Source: Callorhinchus milii (taxonomy: Eukaryota). Taken from it: a DNA stretch of 64,000 nt. How positions within the stretch are numbered: position 1 is the stretch's first letter; each line of letters opens with the position of its first letter. The stretch covers positions 95,482,001-95,546,000 of the forward strand of contig NW_024704742.1 of assembly GCF_018977255.1 (NCBI RefSeq). Direction: 5' to 3'. Of this stretch, positions 1 through 12,420 are shown in pieces. The notes under the pieces were generated by a model that had not been told where the DNA came from, did no database searches, and saw only the letters and a list, made by a program, of their open reading frames with translations. Both the position numbers and the translations under genes were made by a program.

Positions 1-1078
1 ATTTCTTTGCTTTGAAGTGCTCCCATCAGATATTAAGTTCACCCACAAAATTACAATGAGCAGGTATGTCAAATGCAAGAAATATTATATTTTTATTTAT
101 AAACATTGTGACGTTTTAGTGGAATGACTTGGGTGGACTACAAAGCTGAAGAAAGAAGGGCTTGCTGGGTTGAATGGCTTTTATGTTGTTATTTCAGAGA
201 TGTTTTCTTTTGCTTTATATTCTCTGAACAACCAAATTTATCCCCCAAATTCTCATTAAATGGGTACCATGGCAGAATACTATTAATTGGAGTAATAATA
301 AAATGATCCTTTTATTTTATATAGCACCTGTCACATTGAAACATCTCAAGTGTTCATAGAGTTTTCATATATTTGTCGGCAAATGTGGCAGCTAATGTAA
401 AAACAGCAATGCCCCACACAAAGTTATAATGTGAATAATCAATTTTATCTGGAGTATTGTAAGTCACCATCCCTGGAGAAACTCGCATCTCTTTTCGAAT
501 AGTGCAGCAGGATCTGTCATCCACCTGAACAGCCAGATAGGACATGGGTTTATCATCTTATCCAAATAAAGACACCTTCAGGATGTAGTGCTCCCCAAAA
601 ACTTTATTGGAGTATCAGACCATTTTACTAATAGAGCAATACCTGGAGAGTTTGGAAGCTTGGCCAAATGATTGATGTGCAAAGCAGAAAAATACACTGG
701 AGGCATGAGTGTTAAATATTTGAGTGCTGATTCCAAATGCACTCCCAAAATTCATTGCGTTGTTTGTAGGATATTGGTTGTATAAATTAGCTGCCGTGTT
801 TGTCTACATAAAAAGCACTCAATTAATTTCTAATTAATCAATCTCATTCTGTAAAGTGCTTTGAAACGTTTCTTTCATGTGAAAGACCTTATATAAATGT
901 AAGTGGTTGCAGTTTGCTAGGGATAAGTCCTTTGTTGGAGCAAAGTAATGGAAGATTACAGTGGGATTTGATCTGAAAATAGCTCATTTAGGGTGTTTAA
1001 ACAAAATGCTGTATATTTTTGAAGGAACCTAGAATTGTTTTTGTCCTCATAAAGCAAATTAGATTTTTGTATTACAAG

Positions 1079-1199
1079 ATACAGATGTAACGCCAGTGAG
1101 GAGAAAAAGCATCCAAGCCAGCCTGAAAAGGCACAAAAGATACTGGGAGAAGTCCAGTATTGCATGGTCATCCTACACACACGGAGAAGTAAAACCACG
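1079..1199 (+). CDS. Probable upstream coding exon of the FBXL gene (TDVTPVRRKSIQASLKRHKRYWEKSSIAWSSYTHGEVKP)
   Basis: Acceptor ttacaag| (alternative in-phase atacag| 6 nt later), strong donor cg|gtaagg, open frame phase 1 to phase 2, non-repeat sequence. Link to downstream exons not proven. Confidence 0.55.
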
Positions 1200-1577
1200 G
1201 TAAGGGATCCTGTTGACTTATCTGATCTGCAGTGCTGGACCCACTCATCACTGCAGCAGCATTACATTGAATCTATTGACATAATGATCATAAAATAATA
1301 ATCCTTGCGTTTAATATGTACGTTTCACAACAGAATGTCTCAAAGCGCATCACAGGTTTTACTGCAAAGTGTAGTGACTGTTTATTTGTACAAAATATAC
1401 AGTCAATTCACTTTACAGTATATTCTGTGAAGCGCTTTGAGACGACTAGAAGATGTGAAAAGCGCTATCAAATGCAAGGAAGGATTATTATTATTTGTAG
1501 ACAAATGCACAGAGAATGTATATTTTTGAAGGTGCCCTATCAGCTCATTGTGTCTGAGCCAGCTCCCTTAAGAGCAT

Positions 1578-1757
1578 AAAAACAAAACCCAGATGCTGGA
1601 AATCTGAAACAAAAACAGAAGTCGCTGTGAACACTCAGCAGGTCAGGCAGCATCTATGGAGAAAGGAAAGTGAGTCAACTGAGTTCTGACGAAGGGTCGT
1701 GGACCCGAAACGTGGACCTGGACCTGCTGAGTGTTTCCAGCGACTTCTGTTTTCGTT
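1578..1757 (+). mobile_element. Penelope-like foldback mini-element with hammerhead core, copy 1
   Basis: Inverted arms (aaacagaagtcgctg..cactcagcaggtc / gacctgctgagtg..cagcgacttctgttt). Central CTGACGA-a-GGGTC-gtg-GACCC-GAAA-CGT (1686-1713). Flanking repeat tcccttaa(g/c)agcat at 1564-1577 and 1758-1771. Confidence 0.75.
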
Positions 1758-1956
1758 TCCCTTAACAGCATTCCTTTCAGTTCCATTTACCTGCCCTTAC
1801 CCCTTTTTTTATGACGCTGACTCTTTTTAAGCTTTTATCAAGTTCCCTCTTGAAGGCCAATTTGTCTCAACCACTGATCCCAGCAGGGTATTCTTGTCCT
1901 AACTACTCTGCAAGAAAAAAATTCTCCTAACTTCCCCATTTGCTCGTTTACTAATA

Positions 1957-2430
1957 CTGTTGAAGTCTCTTTAACCGGACGCTGGTTAACCTTGGACGTT
2001 GGGTAAATTGGACAAAACGCCCGGCTCTGATTTAATTGTATTCTTATGCGTTTTAGATATGCTGGTTAATTTGTGCAATAATGCAGTTAATCCAAACAAA
2101 ATACCACGCTGGTCATCGCTGAATCTCCAGCGGCTCCATTCAGCCACAAGCAGCTCCATGATGGAGATAGGAGGAGTTAAATTGTGATTGATTGACAGCG
2201 GACTCATTCACAAGCGGCTGAGGTCGGGCTGTCAATCAGTGAGGGGGCGCGGAGGAAGGGGGGGGACGAGAATGTGATTGATTGACAGCTAAGCCGCTTG
2301 GGAATGGGTAGAGTGCCCATTCATTCATAAGTGGCTGTAGGCTGTCAATCACCTTGGAGCCGCTGATAATTGGTGCACTTCCTGTCCAATGGGAACGGCC
2401 ACTGCTCCTCAGCTGGGTGGGAAGAAATGA
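1957..2430 (+). mobile_element. Tigger/pogo-like non-autonomous element (partial), copy 1, with four TGATTGACAG motifs
   Basis: Starts TA|ctgttgaagtctctttaaccggac (Tigger-like terminus). Colinear with the reverse complement of ~28740-29280. Confidence 0.6.
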
Positions 2431-2999
2431 TGGTGTTTGGGTTGACTTTGGTGTGTCTGAGGTTTATGTGTCTGCTTTAACCTGCTTTCACTGTATTTTA
2501 CTGACTAGTAACTGACTGACTGACTGACAGTATTTCACTGACTAGCAAAGCCCAGTAAATCCTGTGGAGTTCTTTGAGGTGTCTCGATGACGTGAAAGAC
2601 GCCATATCAAATGCAAATCTTAGAATATAAGATTATTATTATGTGGATTTCTGCTGTGAAATTCTAAACAAAGCCTTGCCTTTTTTTAAGATTTGTTCAG
2701 ATTTCCAGCATATCTGGTTGTATTTCAGACTTTCACCATTACGTATTTACTTTCATCCTCATTGTCAGAAAAGAGAAAAAAAATTAAATAATGTTACAGG
2801 TGTGACACTTCATCACATTTTGTATTGCTGGAAGAAAATCTTGTGTGTTTCCTCTGAAATTTACATCTCACATGAGCTCCCAACAGGCTTTCTTTTCTAT
2901 CAGGCCAGTTATGAGTGCCACCTCCTGGACGATATCCAGTACCAGTCAGCACAGTCTGATTTTATTGGGAGACATTTCACTGGGTCTAGATTTAATAAT

Positions 3000-3440
3000 A
3001 TTAATGATGATCATAATAATAATTGAATTTGTTATAGAGTTTTATGGCATTGTCAAAACATCTTAAATCACTTCACAGGATTTATTGTAAAGTGTAGTGA
3101 CTGTCCATTTGTAGACGACTGTCGCAGCCAATTTGCGCATAGCAATATCCCCAAACCAGGCGTGAAGTGAAACAATTATTTATCTGGGAGATTGTTGGCC
3201 AGGACACCAGGAGAAGTTTCTTTCACTTTTTGAATAATGCCATGGAATCTTTAATGTTTACCTTAAAAGACAGACAGGGACCTTGTTTTAAAGTCTCATC
3301 TGGAGGGTGGCATCTCTGACAATACAGTGCTTCCTCAGCATTGCACAAGTGCCTGCCTAGACTGTGAGCTCAAAATACCAAAGCGCAACTTGGACACATA
3401 ATCTTGTGGCTCCGAGGTGAGAGTGCTACCAACTGAGCCA
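3000..3440 (-). mobile_element. Older Deu-type SINE
   Basis: tggccaggacaccaggaga...gtctcatctggagggtggcatctctgacaatacagtgcttcctcagc...ctccgaggtgagagtgctaccaactgagcca. Related copies at ~305-625(-), 8425-8580(+), 41400-41750(+), 52750-53140(-), 59555-59950(-). Confidence 0.8.
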
Positions 3441-6400
3441 GGAAGTTATTTATCTAGTGTTTCAGAGCTTGCAGAATTTCGCAGATTTTTAAATACAGCT
3501 TTAAATTTGAAGCCATTTTTCAGCATGTTCTTTTACGTACTACAAACAAAATTTCAACAATTTATACAGAGTAAATCTAGACCCAGTTGGAATTTGTCCC
3601 AAATAATTTGTTTTGTGTGAATGTGAGAGACAGTCTCCTTCATTTTTCCTTGAATGCTCTGGGCAGTCTGATGTACCCATCTGGGTGTTAAATAGAAGAC
3701 TACATGGAATTAAAATCAGCTATGTCCTAAACCTATTTGCTTTGCGGCCACTTGTGAGTGAGGAGGCATGTGGGGGGCATATGCTAATCTAAATTACTTT
3801 TGTCAACTTTCAGAATTTTAATTTAAAATATCTCTGATGCACAGAATACATTTCAAAGGAACTAAATCCAATTATAAAGCCTTGTGTCACTTTATAATTG
3901 GAGAGGGCAGAGGGGTGTTCAGTCATTATAAATCTTCAATAAAGCTTCTGTAATAAGAGGGAACATAGATAAGCAATTTGGACCATCAGTCACCTTCCTA
4001 ACCCAAAAGCAGTGATGGTTTCAGGAGTACCTGATGCACAGTCTGTTTACACTGCAAGAAATGTAACAATAATGATAATAATACTTGCATTTTATACAGT
4101 GCTTATCACATCGTCAAGGTGTCTCAAAGTGCTTCACAGGATATACTGTAAAATGGTTTTGATTGACACAGCCACAAAATAGCATTCACAGAGTGAGTGA
4201 CCAATTTAATTTGTGGGATTTGTTGATTAATGTCATGGCTGTTTGTGGGACATTGCTGTGCACAATTTTCCTGCTGCGTTTGCCTCAAATACAGTCACTC
4301 CTTTCACAGTAAATCCTGTGAAGCGCTTTGAGACATCCTTTCAATGTGATAACACACTCTATCAGATGCAAGTATTATTATTATATAAAAATCTTACCTG
4401 TGAAAGCAGTAAGAGGTGTGATATGTGTGTGTGCATGCACCAGGTGTGCAAGAATGATTTAAATTGTTCTCACTTGCTCTCACCATCTGAGAAAATTTAC
4501 CCACATGAAAAGATGAAGGATTGGACTGCGCAAGTTTGACACTTAAAATATTTACTTATATGGTACTTTGTCTTTGCTTTTGAGCAACTCTCTCTCAAAA
4601 TATGTTTACCTTGCTTCTCCTCTCCATGCCATGGCAAATTCCTCCTAGAAACATATATTTTTGACCAAGCTTTCGGTCAACATCTCTAACACTCCCTTCT
4701 CCTTATCATAATGACGTAGTGCTTTGAGACAATCATTCTAAGTGAAAGTTGCTTTTATAATGATCCTTGCATTTGATATAGCACCTTATCACATCGTCGA
4801 AATCTCAATTCACTTGACAGAACAAACTATAAAGTGAATTGATTGTATATTTTGTGGGCGAAACGCAGCAGCCAATTGCACAAAGCAGTGTCTCAAAAAT
4901 AGTCGTGGTTTTGATTTTAGCAAATGGTTTGTCACATTAGAAACAAAATGACAGTGCCTGGGATGCTATCTTATTGCAGATTCCACTCTCCCCTTATTTG
5001 TGCCTCGGAAAATAAAATGGGCATCGGCATTTGCAAACCAAATACTAATTATATGTGAGTCGGTTCAAATCAGAACTGCAGATAATGTCAGAAAAAATGC
5101 AAATGAAAAATGCAGGAAATGAAAATAGTGAAGGTATTAAGGGATATGGTGAAAGGGCAGGACATCGGCATTGAAAGATCTGCCAAGATTTAATAAACTA
5201 GTGGAACAGGCTAGAAGGGCTTAATGGCCTTCTGCCGCTTCTGTTTTCTTATATTTGCAAGTTTGGTTTGGATTAAGAAGTGCCATCCGGCTAATTTGAT
5301 CTCATCTTTCCAGAACGCTCACCAACCATCTATTTCACCTACCATCAAAACACAGCATCAAACTGTGTTTTGAATAAGTCGAATATTCTGGCCTCAACCA
5401 CCCTTCCCTCAACCTGTTTCAGTCACTAAATTACTGTCTGGGTGAAGAATATTCTAGGTACAGTCACAAGCCCACTTACATCAAAAGATGCGAACACAAG
5501 GAAATTTTCAAAACATATCTGCAAAATTTAAGAGTTGAGAAAAGATCTGCTGGATCACAATATAAGAAACTCCTGGTAAATCAATGAAAACTAACACATG
5601 GAAAATAAAATACAATTTGAACTACTCAGATGAGTAACTGCACAAAAGACCAATTTCAAATGGTTAAACTAGTAAAGCTAGAATTTAAATGGATTTGGAA
5701 TAGTATGTTACGGCTTATACCACTCAACACTATCTGCTTTATTCTGTCAGACATGTCTGAAACGTCTCCATGTGTCAGAATTGTAAGCAGTGTTCAAAAG
5801 CCTATTTCATTCTATTTTTTATGTTTTTAAATGAGGCCGAGAAAGGCACATTGCATCAGTGCCTTTGTCTGTCTGTTTATTGGTGTTTTTTTAATTGTAT
5901 CAAATAGCTTATGTACTGTATATATATCATAATCCTTGCATTTGATATAGTGCCTTATTGAGTGACCATATTATTATTATTTTTGGAGGGATTATTATAC
6001 CTGGAAAGGGATCCACCAACTGAATAACAACCAGGCTCCTCTTACTGCTAGGTAAACACAGACATGTGGAGTAAGGAAACTTGCCTAAGGTTTTACCCTG
6101 TTGGGAATTGAATCTGTCTCCTTTCATTTGGGAGCATGCGCTAACCACAACACTACGAAACTACACAAAATATATTTAAAAATCTCTGCTTGTTGGTGGT
6201 ACAAAATAAGTGCTTTAGCTTGCTAGCTCATGACAATTTCTAACCTTACTCCTGTTCATAATAACCCTTGATTTTGATTATAGTGCATATAACGTCAAAA
6301 CATCTCAAAGCATTTCAATGGTAAAAGTTGTTAAATGTAGTGACTGTATATTTGGTGGCAAAACGATACTCCCAAATGGTGCATTAAGCTCTCCCAACAG

Positions 6401-6759
6401 ACATGAAAAGAACAAATGCTCTATCTGGAGAATTGATTGCACAAAGATTTCCATTTTCTTAAAATGTAATATAGTAATTGATTATTTTTTAAATTAAATC
6501 TTATTTTGGAATCTGTAACTTTCCCCCTATTTTAAGAACCGGCTTCTAAATTAAGATTGCATTTTTAAGAATTGTGCAAAATTTTGCACAAATGTAATCA
6601 TTAAGACTTAAACCTAAAATACAAAGGTTTTAGGCATCTCGCCATTTCATTCTGCAGCCAACAGCCATTCGCTTGCATTGCTTCAGAAGACCCTAACTAG
6701 GAACCTCAGCCTTGCAAGGCAACGAGTTGTGACTGATGATATTGTTCTATCTCCACTAG

Positions 6760-6861
6760 GTCAAAAAATATCTATAGCACACAGTCAACTGGCAACGGTC
6801 GGATGTCCTCTAAGAAATCACTGCAGTGTGAAGATCCTCCAGCTGGTGTTTGTGTTGGTCA
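6760..6861 (+). CDS. Candidate upstream exon of the FBXL gene
   Basis: Acceptor ttctatctccactag| (alternatives at 6634, 6658) and donor a|gtgagt. The phase-1 frame is open and compatible with exon 9631. Frame and acceptor are ambiguous. Confidence 0.35.
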
Positions 6862-7059
6862 GTGAGTAACACCTACACATTACTGGAAGAGTTGGATGTA
6901 AATCAGTTTTAGCAGATGAATTGATTGATTGTCGTACAGTATTAGCAAGCAAGAACACTGCGTATTGGTGATAAAGTTTTTTTTATCAGTGTTTCAATTA
7001 TTGCTCACAATGAAGAGAACTTTGCCGGTGGATAATTGAAATTGGCAGATAATCTAGAT

Positions 7060-8125
7060 CAGAGTGGTCCAACCTTTAAGCTGCCGAGGGCCGGATTCCC
7101 TACTTGAGAAAGGTCCATGGGCTGCATAAGCAATATTTTTGAGTTTCCCTTCCAGAAACATTTACACAGCTCCTTTTTCATGTTGGAAGGACATCTCAAA
7201 GTGCTCAACACTGTCGGCTGGGCACCCGAGCTGGGGGTGGGAGCCGAGGGAAGTGAGATAGGGAGGGAAAAAGATGACTGAAAGCACGCTCCAAGAGGTA
7301 GGTTTTGATGTGCCTTGAAAGGCGAGGGAGAGAGTCGAAGGGACTCCAGGATTGGAGCTCCCGAGAGTGGGAGCAAAATGGCGATGATGGGGCAGATAGA
7401 GTACGGGAACATGAAGCAAACTGGTGTTTGCTGGGCAAAGGGAATGGCTGAGTTGGGAGGTTGCATAGATAAAGTGGGCAGTGGGTGAGGGGTGGGGTGG
7501 AATGAAGGATGTAGAGAATTTGTTCACTGAGGAAAGAGGGAGCTTTCTGTGAGAAAACTGCACGGCACGTCACATGGTGTCTGTCCTCAGTCACCACCAT
7601 AGCGGCCGAGGGAAGCTCTGATCGTCTGTCCTGACAGTGAACTATGAAATGGTGCCCTCACTTTTCCTTTCTCTGCTCTCTCACTCATTCTCTTTGTTTC
7701 TCTCTCCCCCTCTCCTTTTGTGTGAAAAAATGCCTCCTGATTACACTCCTAAAAACTCGCCCTCTCTCCCCTCTCTCAGTCACTCTCTCTTCCTTGTTTT
7801 CTCAATCAGCGCATTTCACTATCTGCAGCGACAGGAACCAGGGGTTGTTAAGGATGCAATGGATAAGGAGAGCGGCTTGTCTGTCAGGAAACCCCTCCTT
7901 CAGTTCAGGAGGGGTTTCCTGACAGACTGCAGTAGCGGCCGACATTATTTCCACTCCCTGTATTGCGTTTTCCTAATCGATGGCTCCTACCACTGCCATG
8001 AGAGGACGTTTAGTATGGGGGGGAGGCGGGGAGGGAGGGAACAGGTGACCCAAAGTTGGAAATGGTCTGTGGCTGGATAAAATCATCCTCTGGGCTGGAT
8101 GTGGGCTACCTGTTGGACCACGCTG
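7060..8125. mobile_element. hAT (Charlie-like) non-autonomous element with an internal L2 fragment and hairpin
   Basis: 14-bp TIRs cagagtggtccaac / gttggaccacgctg (1 mismatch). Left flank atctagat matches an NTCTAGAN target; right flank degenerate. Confidence 0.7.
7879..7927. repeat. Perfect 21-bp-stem hairpin, 7-nt loop
   Basis: gtctgtcaggaaacccctcct-tcagttc-aggaggggtttcctgacagac. Confidence 0.95.
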
Positions 8126-9306
8126 ATAGATAAACACTTATTGCAAATATAACTTGTGATCAATAAGAAGAGTTAAATGGGCCTTGAAACTAATCAGGTC
8201 CCATTATCTTATTTGTGGGTAAAATTATTCTGTTAAAATATAGTAGTTGGTGTGATATTAAACACTTCCATAAAGCATTCATATTAGTGATTTGTAAACC
8301 TGCAGTAGCGATTTGTAATATACTTAATAAATTATTTTCTGATGCTCCATGCATGTTGGTTCTGTTCAGATGTGGTAGATGGTAATGGTAACAGATAACA
8401 GACCCTGTTCCTAGATAGGATATATGAGACTGGCTCGCTAGAACTCTCGCCTCTGAGTCAGGAGGTTGTGGGTTCAGCCCCATGTTAGGCTTTGGAATCA
8501 CATCGTCTAGGCTGACACTCCAATGCAATGCTGGAGGGATATTGAATTGTCGGAGGTGTTGTCCTTTGGATTAGACTTTAAATCATGGATTTTGAGGAAA
8601 GAACGGAATTTGTGGACAAGGGGATATCTTTTTATTTCAATTTTAGCAAAGCGATACAGAAGATTGGTTCACAAATTTGAAAGGCAAGTAATGGGAGTTG
8701 TGAGGGCCAAAGAGCTTCTTTTGGTTAAATCGGTGTGTCTAATAACGAGATACAGCGAACGTGTTAACAAACACATAGTTCATGAGATGAGCTTTGGGAA
8801 ATACAGAATTGGGGCAGAGGTGTCTTCTGACAGCTCATTAAGCAACTTAATTAGTGATTAAAGCAAAGCTTGTTCCAAATGCCTTGAAACATGCATCCAA
8901 ATTGGCAGCAACCCCACGAACTGCTGTGAACGAGATCAAGACTCATTAAGTCCTGTGAATCTAGCTGAGATATGTGACTTAGCACTAGTTACTGGTCTAT
9001 TTCTATCCGAAAACATACTTCTGTTAAAGGCATTTGTCATCACAACATTGCAGCGCCTTTTGCTACTCTCTGCTAGTTTGTTGTGAATAATTGCATATTT
9101 TCTCTTATCAATTCACTAAGTTCATTTAAGACAGCAACATATCAATCTCCACAGTAGTTGAAATTGAGTAATTTTGTACTGGAAGATCTTAAGCACCCAT
9201 TTTGAAAAGTATTTAAGAATAATTATTAACTTTAACATCAATGTATTTTACCTTTTCTGGGGACCTTTTTTGATGTGTTACCTTTGTTTAAATATGTTGA
9301 CCTGTT

Positions 9307-9600
9307 GTGGAGTCCTGTAGCTCAGTGGTTAAAGCACTCGCCTCACAAGCAAGAGACCTGGGTTCGATTCCCAGCAAAGCGAAACCTTGGGCAAGTTTCC
9401 TTACTCCACACGCCTGATAATAAACCCTCAAGNAAAAAACCAATAATAATTTGATCACTTCAATTCACGACTGTTTGTGGGACACTGCTGTGCGCAATTG
9501 GCTGCCGCGTTTTGCCCACAAGAAAAGCAGTCAATTCACTTTACAGTGTATTTTGTGAAGCGCTTTGAGACTATAACAAATTCAAGGATTATTATTATTA
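9307..9600 (+). mobile_element. tRNA-head SINE (Deu-type body, L2-like tail), short form
   Basis: A box tagctcagtgg, B box gttcgattcc, body tgtttgtgggacactgctgtgcgcaattggctgccgcg, (tta)n end. Confidence 0.9.
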
Positions 9601-9630
9601 TAAATGTCGTCTCTCTTTTGCCTTCTCCAG

Positions 9631-9773
9631 TACCGGTGCCAAACAGCAGGCGGATAAAGGGACAGCTGGCCAATAGACCATTGAGTGCTGGTACACTTGA
9701 GAGTGAACGAGTTGCACAGGAGACATTGATATCAAAAGTACTGCCTAATTTTCAAAATGCTTCCCTAAGAAGG
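9631..9773 (+). CDS. Probable exon preceding the F-box exon ([47 protein letters not shown])
   Basis: Long pyrimidine tract ctctcttttgccttctccag|, donor agg|gtaaat, only one open frame. Ends phase 0, matching the phase-0 start of exon 17149. Confidence 0.65.
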
Positions 9774-11614
9774 GTAAATGCTTGTAAGTTTGAGCTCAAT
9801 ATTTCATTTTCAGAGTCAAGAGTTAAACAACCAGAATGCTGTGTATTCAAATCGTATCAGCTCCTTTGAAAATCACAGCATTTTTTTGTCTGTCACTGGC
9901 AGTGTGCAATGAATAATTGAAAACCAAATCAGCCCAATTTTTGCATTCGTTGCTCTTTCCTCCTGACAAAACTCCTGCTGATTTGAACAAAATAAATACA
10001 GCAGACAAGAACGGCAGGCCCTGTCATACTTTTACAGCAACCTAAATTTGTGAAGATAATTATCTAGGACTGGTTTATGTTAATTGGGAAGTATCTCCCA
10101 TTAATTCCTGTCTTAAATTCCACATATATCCTCCGTGAGGTAGGGGAAGGTAATATGGGTCTCCTAGGAGCTGAACTGGCTCCTAGGTGACACGTTTAGC
10201 ATTGGAATGTTGGAGTTGACCCAATCCTCTATGCAGTCTCAGTGGTCCATCTTCTGAGCGAACGATCACATTTACAGCATGTTTGCATTGACTGTACTTT
10301 TGGTTTGTGCATTCAGTACACTGGTTCATTTATTCCTATTTTAATATTATTATTATTAGCTCCATCTTTGCATTCTTCGCTTCCTCTGACACACTTTTCT
10401 CTCATTGTCTCTTCGGTTGTCTCTCCCTGAAGTTACATGCAGTGGTGAGACTGCTGCTTATTCTCTTGCACTATGGAGTGCCCAGATGAAGAACGTGCTC
10501 TATTCTGCCACTAAGTGGTACATTATGTTAAGACACCAAGCCACTCTCACAGCAGTTGTCCTTATGTTTGTGCTAAAAATTAGAATCAGCGGAGTACTTA
10601 CTTTTACTTAGGTTTGTAAAACAAAAATTATTGCAGTCATATTACTCTGGGTTATTTTCAGTCCTCAAGACCTCACCACCCTTTTTCAAAGGTATTACAG
10701 GTTCTCTCGATAGAACCATAGAACTTTACGATATACAAGAAGGCCATATCGCAACGTGTCTGCTGGTTCCCTCGAGCAATTCTTTCAATCCTATTTACCT
10801 GACTGTCCCCATACCCCTGTAGCTGACTCTTTCAAAGGTTTATCTAGTTACCCTCTTAAAGCTAATGGAGAAGCACATTTATCCAGTGAATAATTGGGCC
10901 CAAAAGATTGGGGAAAGTTCTGGATTTGGTTCCTAATCTGCATTGAGTGAACTGAGGCACAGCAATTGGCCCATTGTCTTGGGTTAGGTAGAAGGAAATC
11001 ATCCAGGTTCCCCAGTTGGAAGGTGAGTGTGTGAAAATTCAGGGAGGACAGGATCGGGATCAGTTACACTATCTCCTGAGTTGAATACAACAGCAACAAC
11101 TTGCATTTATATTGCACTCTTCATTCGGGGAGTGTCTTGGAGTATTTAACATTGGTGTGGTTTAATGCTGAACTGGAAAGAGAAGAGAGGTAACCAAAGC
11201 CATGTGATCAAAGAGGAAAGTCTTCAGCTGTGACTTGAAGACAGCGAACACGGATTGAGGCAGAGAGTTTCAGAAATTCGGGGTATAGTGGTTGAAAGCA
11301 CAGCAGCCAACGGTGGAGCGGAGGGGATGAGGAACGTGCAGAAGACTTGAACCAGCTGAGTGAGGGCAGAGGGTAGTGGAGTGGGGTGTGAGCAAAGCAA
11401 GAATAGCAAGACTTACATGTTATTAATATCCACCTGAGCCTGAGTAGAAGAAATATTGAGTCAATGCCTTCATTATTGGATAGAAGGGCAAAAAGCGAGA
11501 CATTTTCCATTCTATGCTTTAATATTAAGAGCAGTTTACGTGTCTAATATACAAAACCCTAGGTATGATTATCAGACTGTATCTGGGTCTGTGCATATTC
11601 TATCTATGAATCTA

Positions 11615-12420
11615 TGACATCAAGTCCTGGATGAGAGCTAATTTTCTCCAGTTGAACGTCAACAAGACCGAGGCTCTCCTGATTGGTTCCCGTCAGCGCC
11701 TCCTCACCTCAGGCTGACAGCACCACCATCCACGGTTGCACACTCCACCTTCCTAAGCCAGACCAGAACCTTGGCGTCTTTTTTGACCCTCAACTATCCT
11801 TTCTACCCCACATCTGCGTTATGACCCGCTCTGCCTTCCCCACCTCCGCAACATCACTCGGCTCTGCACTGTCTCACACCGCAGGCCGCCGAAACCCTCA
11901 TACATGCTTTCATTATATCGAGGCTTCATTATGCAAACTCGTTGCTTGTCGGCCTCCCCAACTCCTCCCTCCATAGGCTGCAGATCATCCAGAACTCTGC
12001 AGTCCGTGTCCTCTTCTGCACCAAGCTCTGTGACCCAATCATTCCCATCCTCGCCCGACTCCACTGGCTTCCCATCACACAGAGGATACAGTTCAAAATC
12101 CTGGTCCCCACCTTCAAAGTCCTCCATGGTCTTGCTCCCCCCTACCTCTGTGACCACCTAAACCCCTACCATCCTGCTCGCTCCCTCTGCTCCGTGGGCT
12201 CTGGCCTGCTTCATGTCCCCCACCTTGCTCGCCCTCTATTGGCGGGCGGGCTTTCTGCAACCCTCTGGAATTCCATCCCACAGCCCCCCCCCCCCCCCCC
12301 GCCTTCCACTCTCTATGACCCCGACCCCCAGTTCAGATCCGAAACTTTGTCTGTTCATAGCCTTGGAAATCCTTCCGAGGCGAAAGGCACTATACAAATG
12401 TAATTTTATTATTGTTGTTG
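11615..12420 (+). mobile_element. L2-type LINE, 5'-truncated
   Basis: ORF2 C-terminal remnants (LQIIQNSAVRVL...LHWLPITQRIQFKIL) and tail ending ttgttgttg. Confidence 0.9.

Noticed and set aside
7637..8080. 147-aa ORF
   Set aside because: Arises from CT-rich low-complexity sequence inside the hAT element; no domain or splice support.
9433..9433. Single N base
   Set aside because: Assembly ambiguity in an A-rich SINE linker; no biological meaning.
10433..10517. Exon-like segment after a pyrimidine tract
   Set aside because: The phase-0 frame needed after exon 9631-9773 hits a stop, and the donor is weak.
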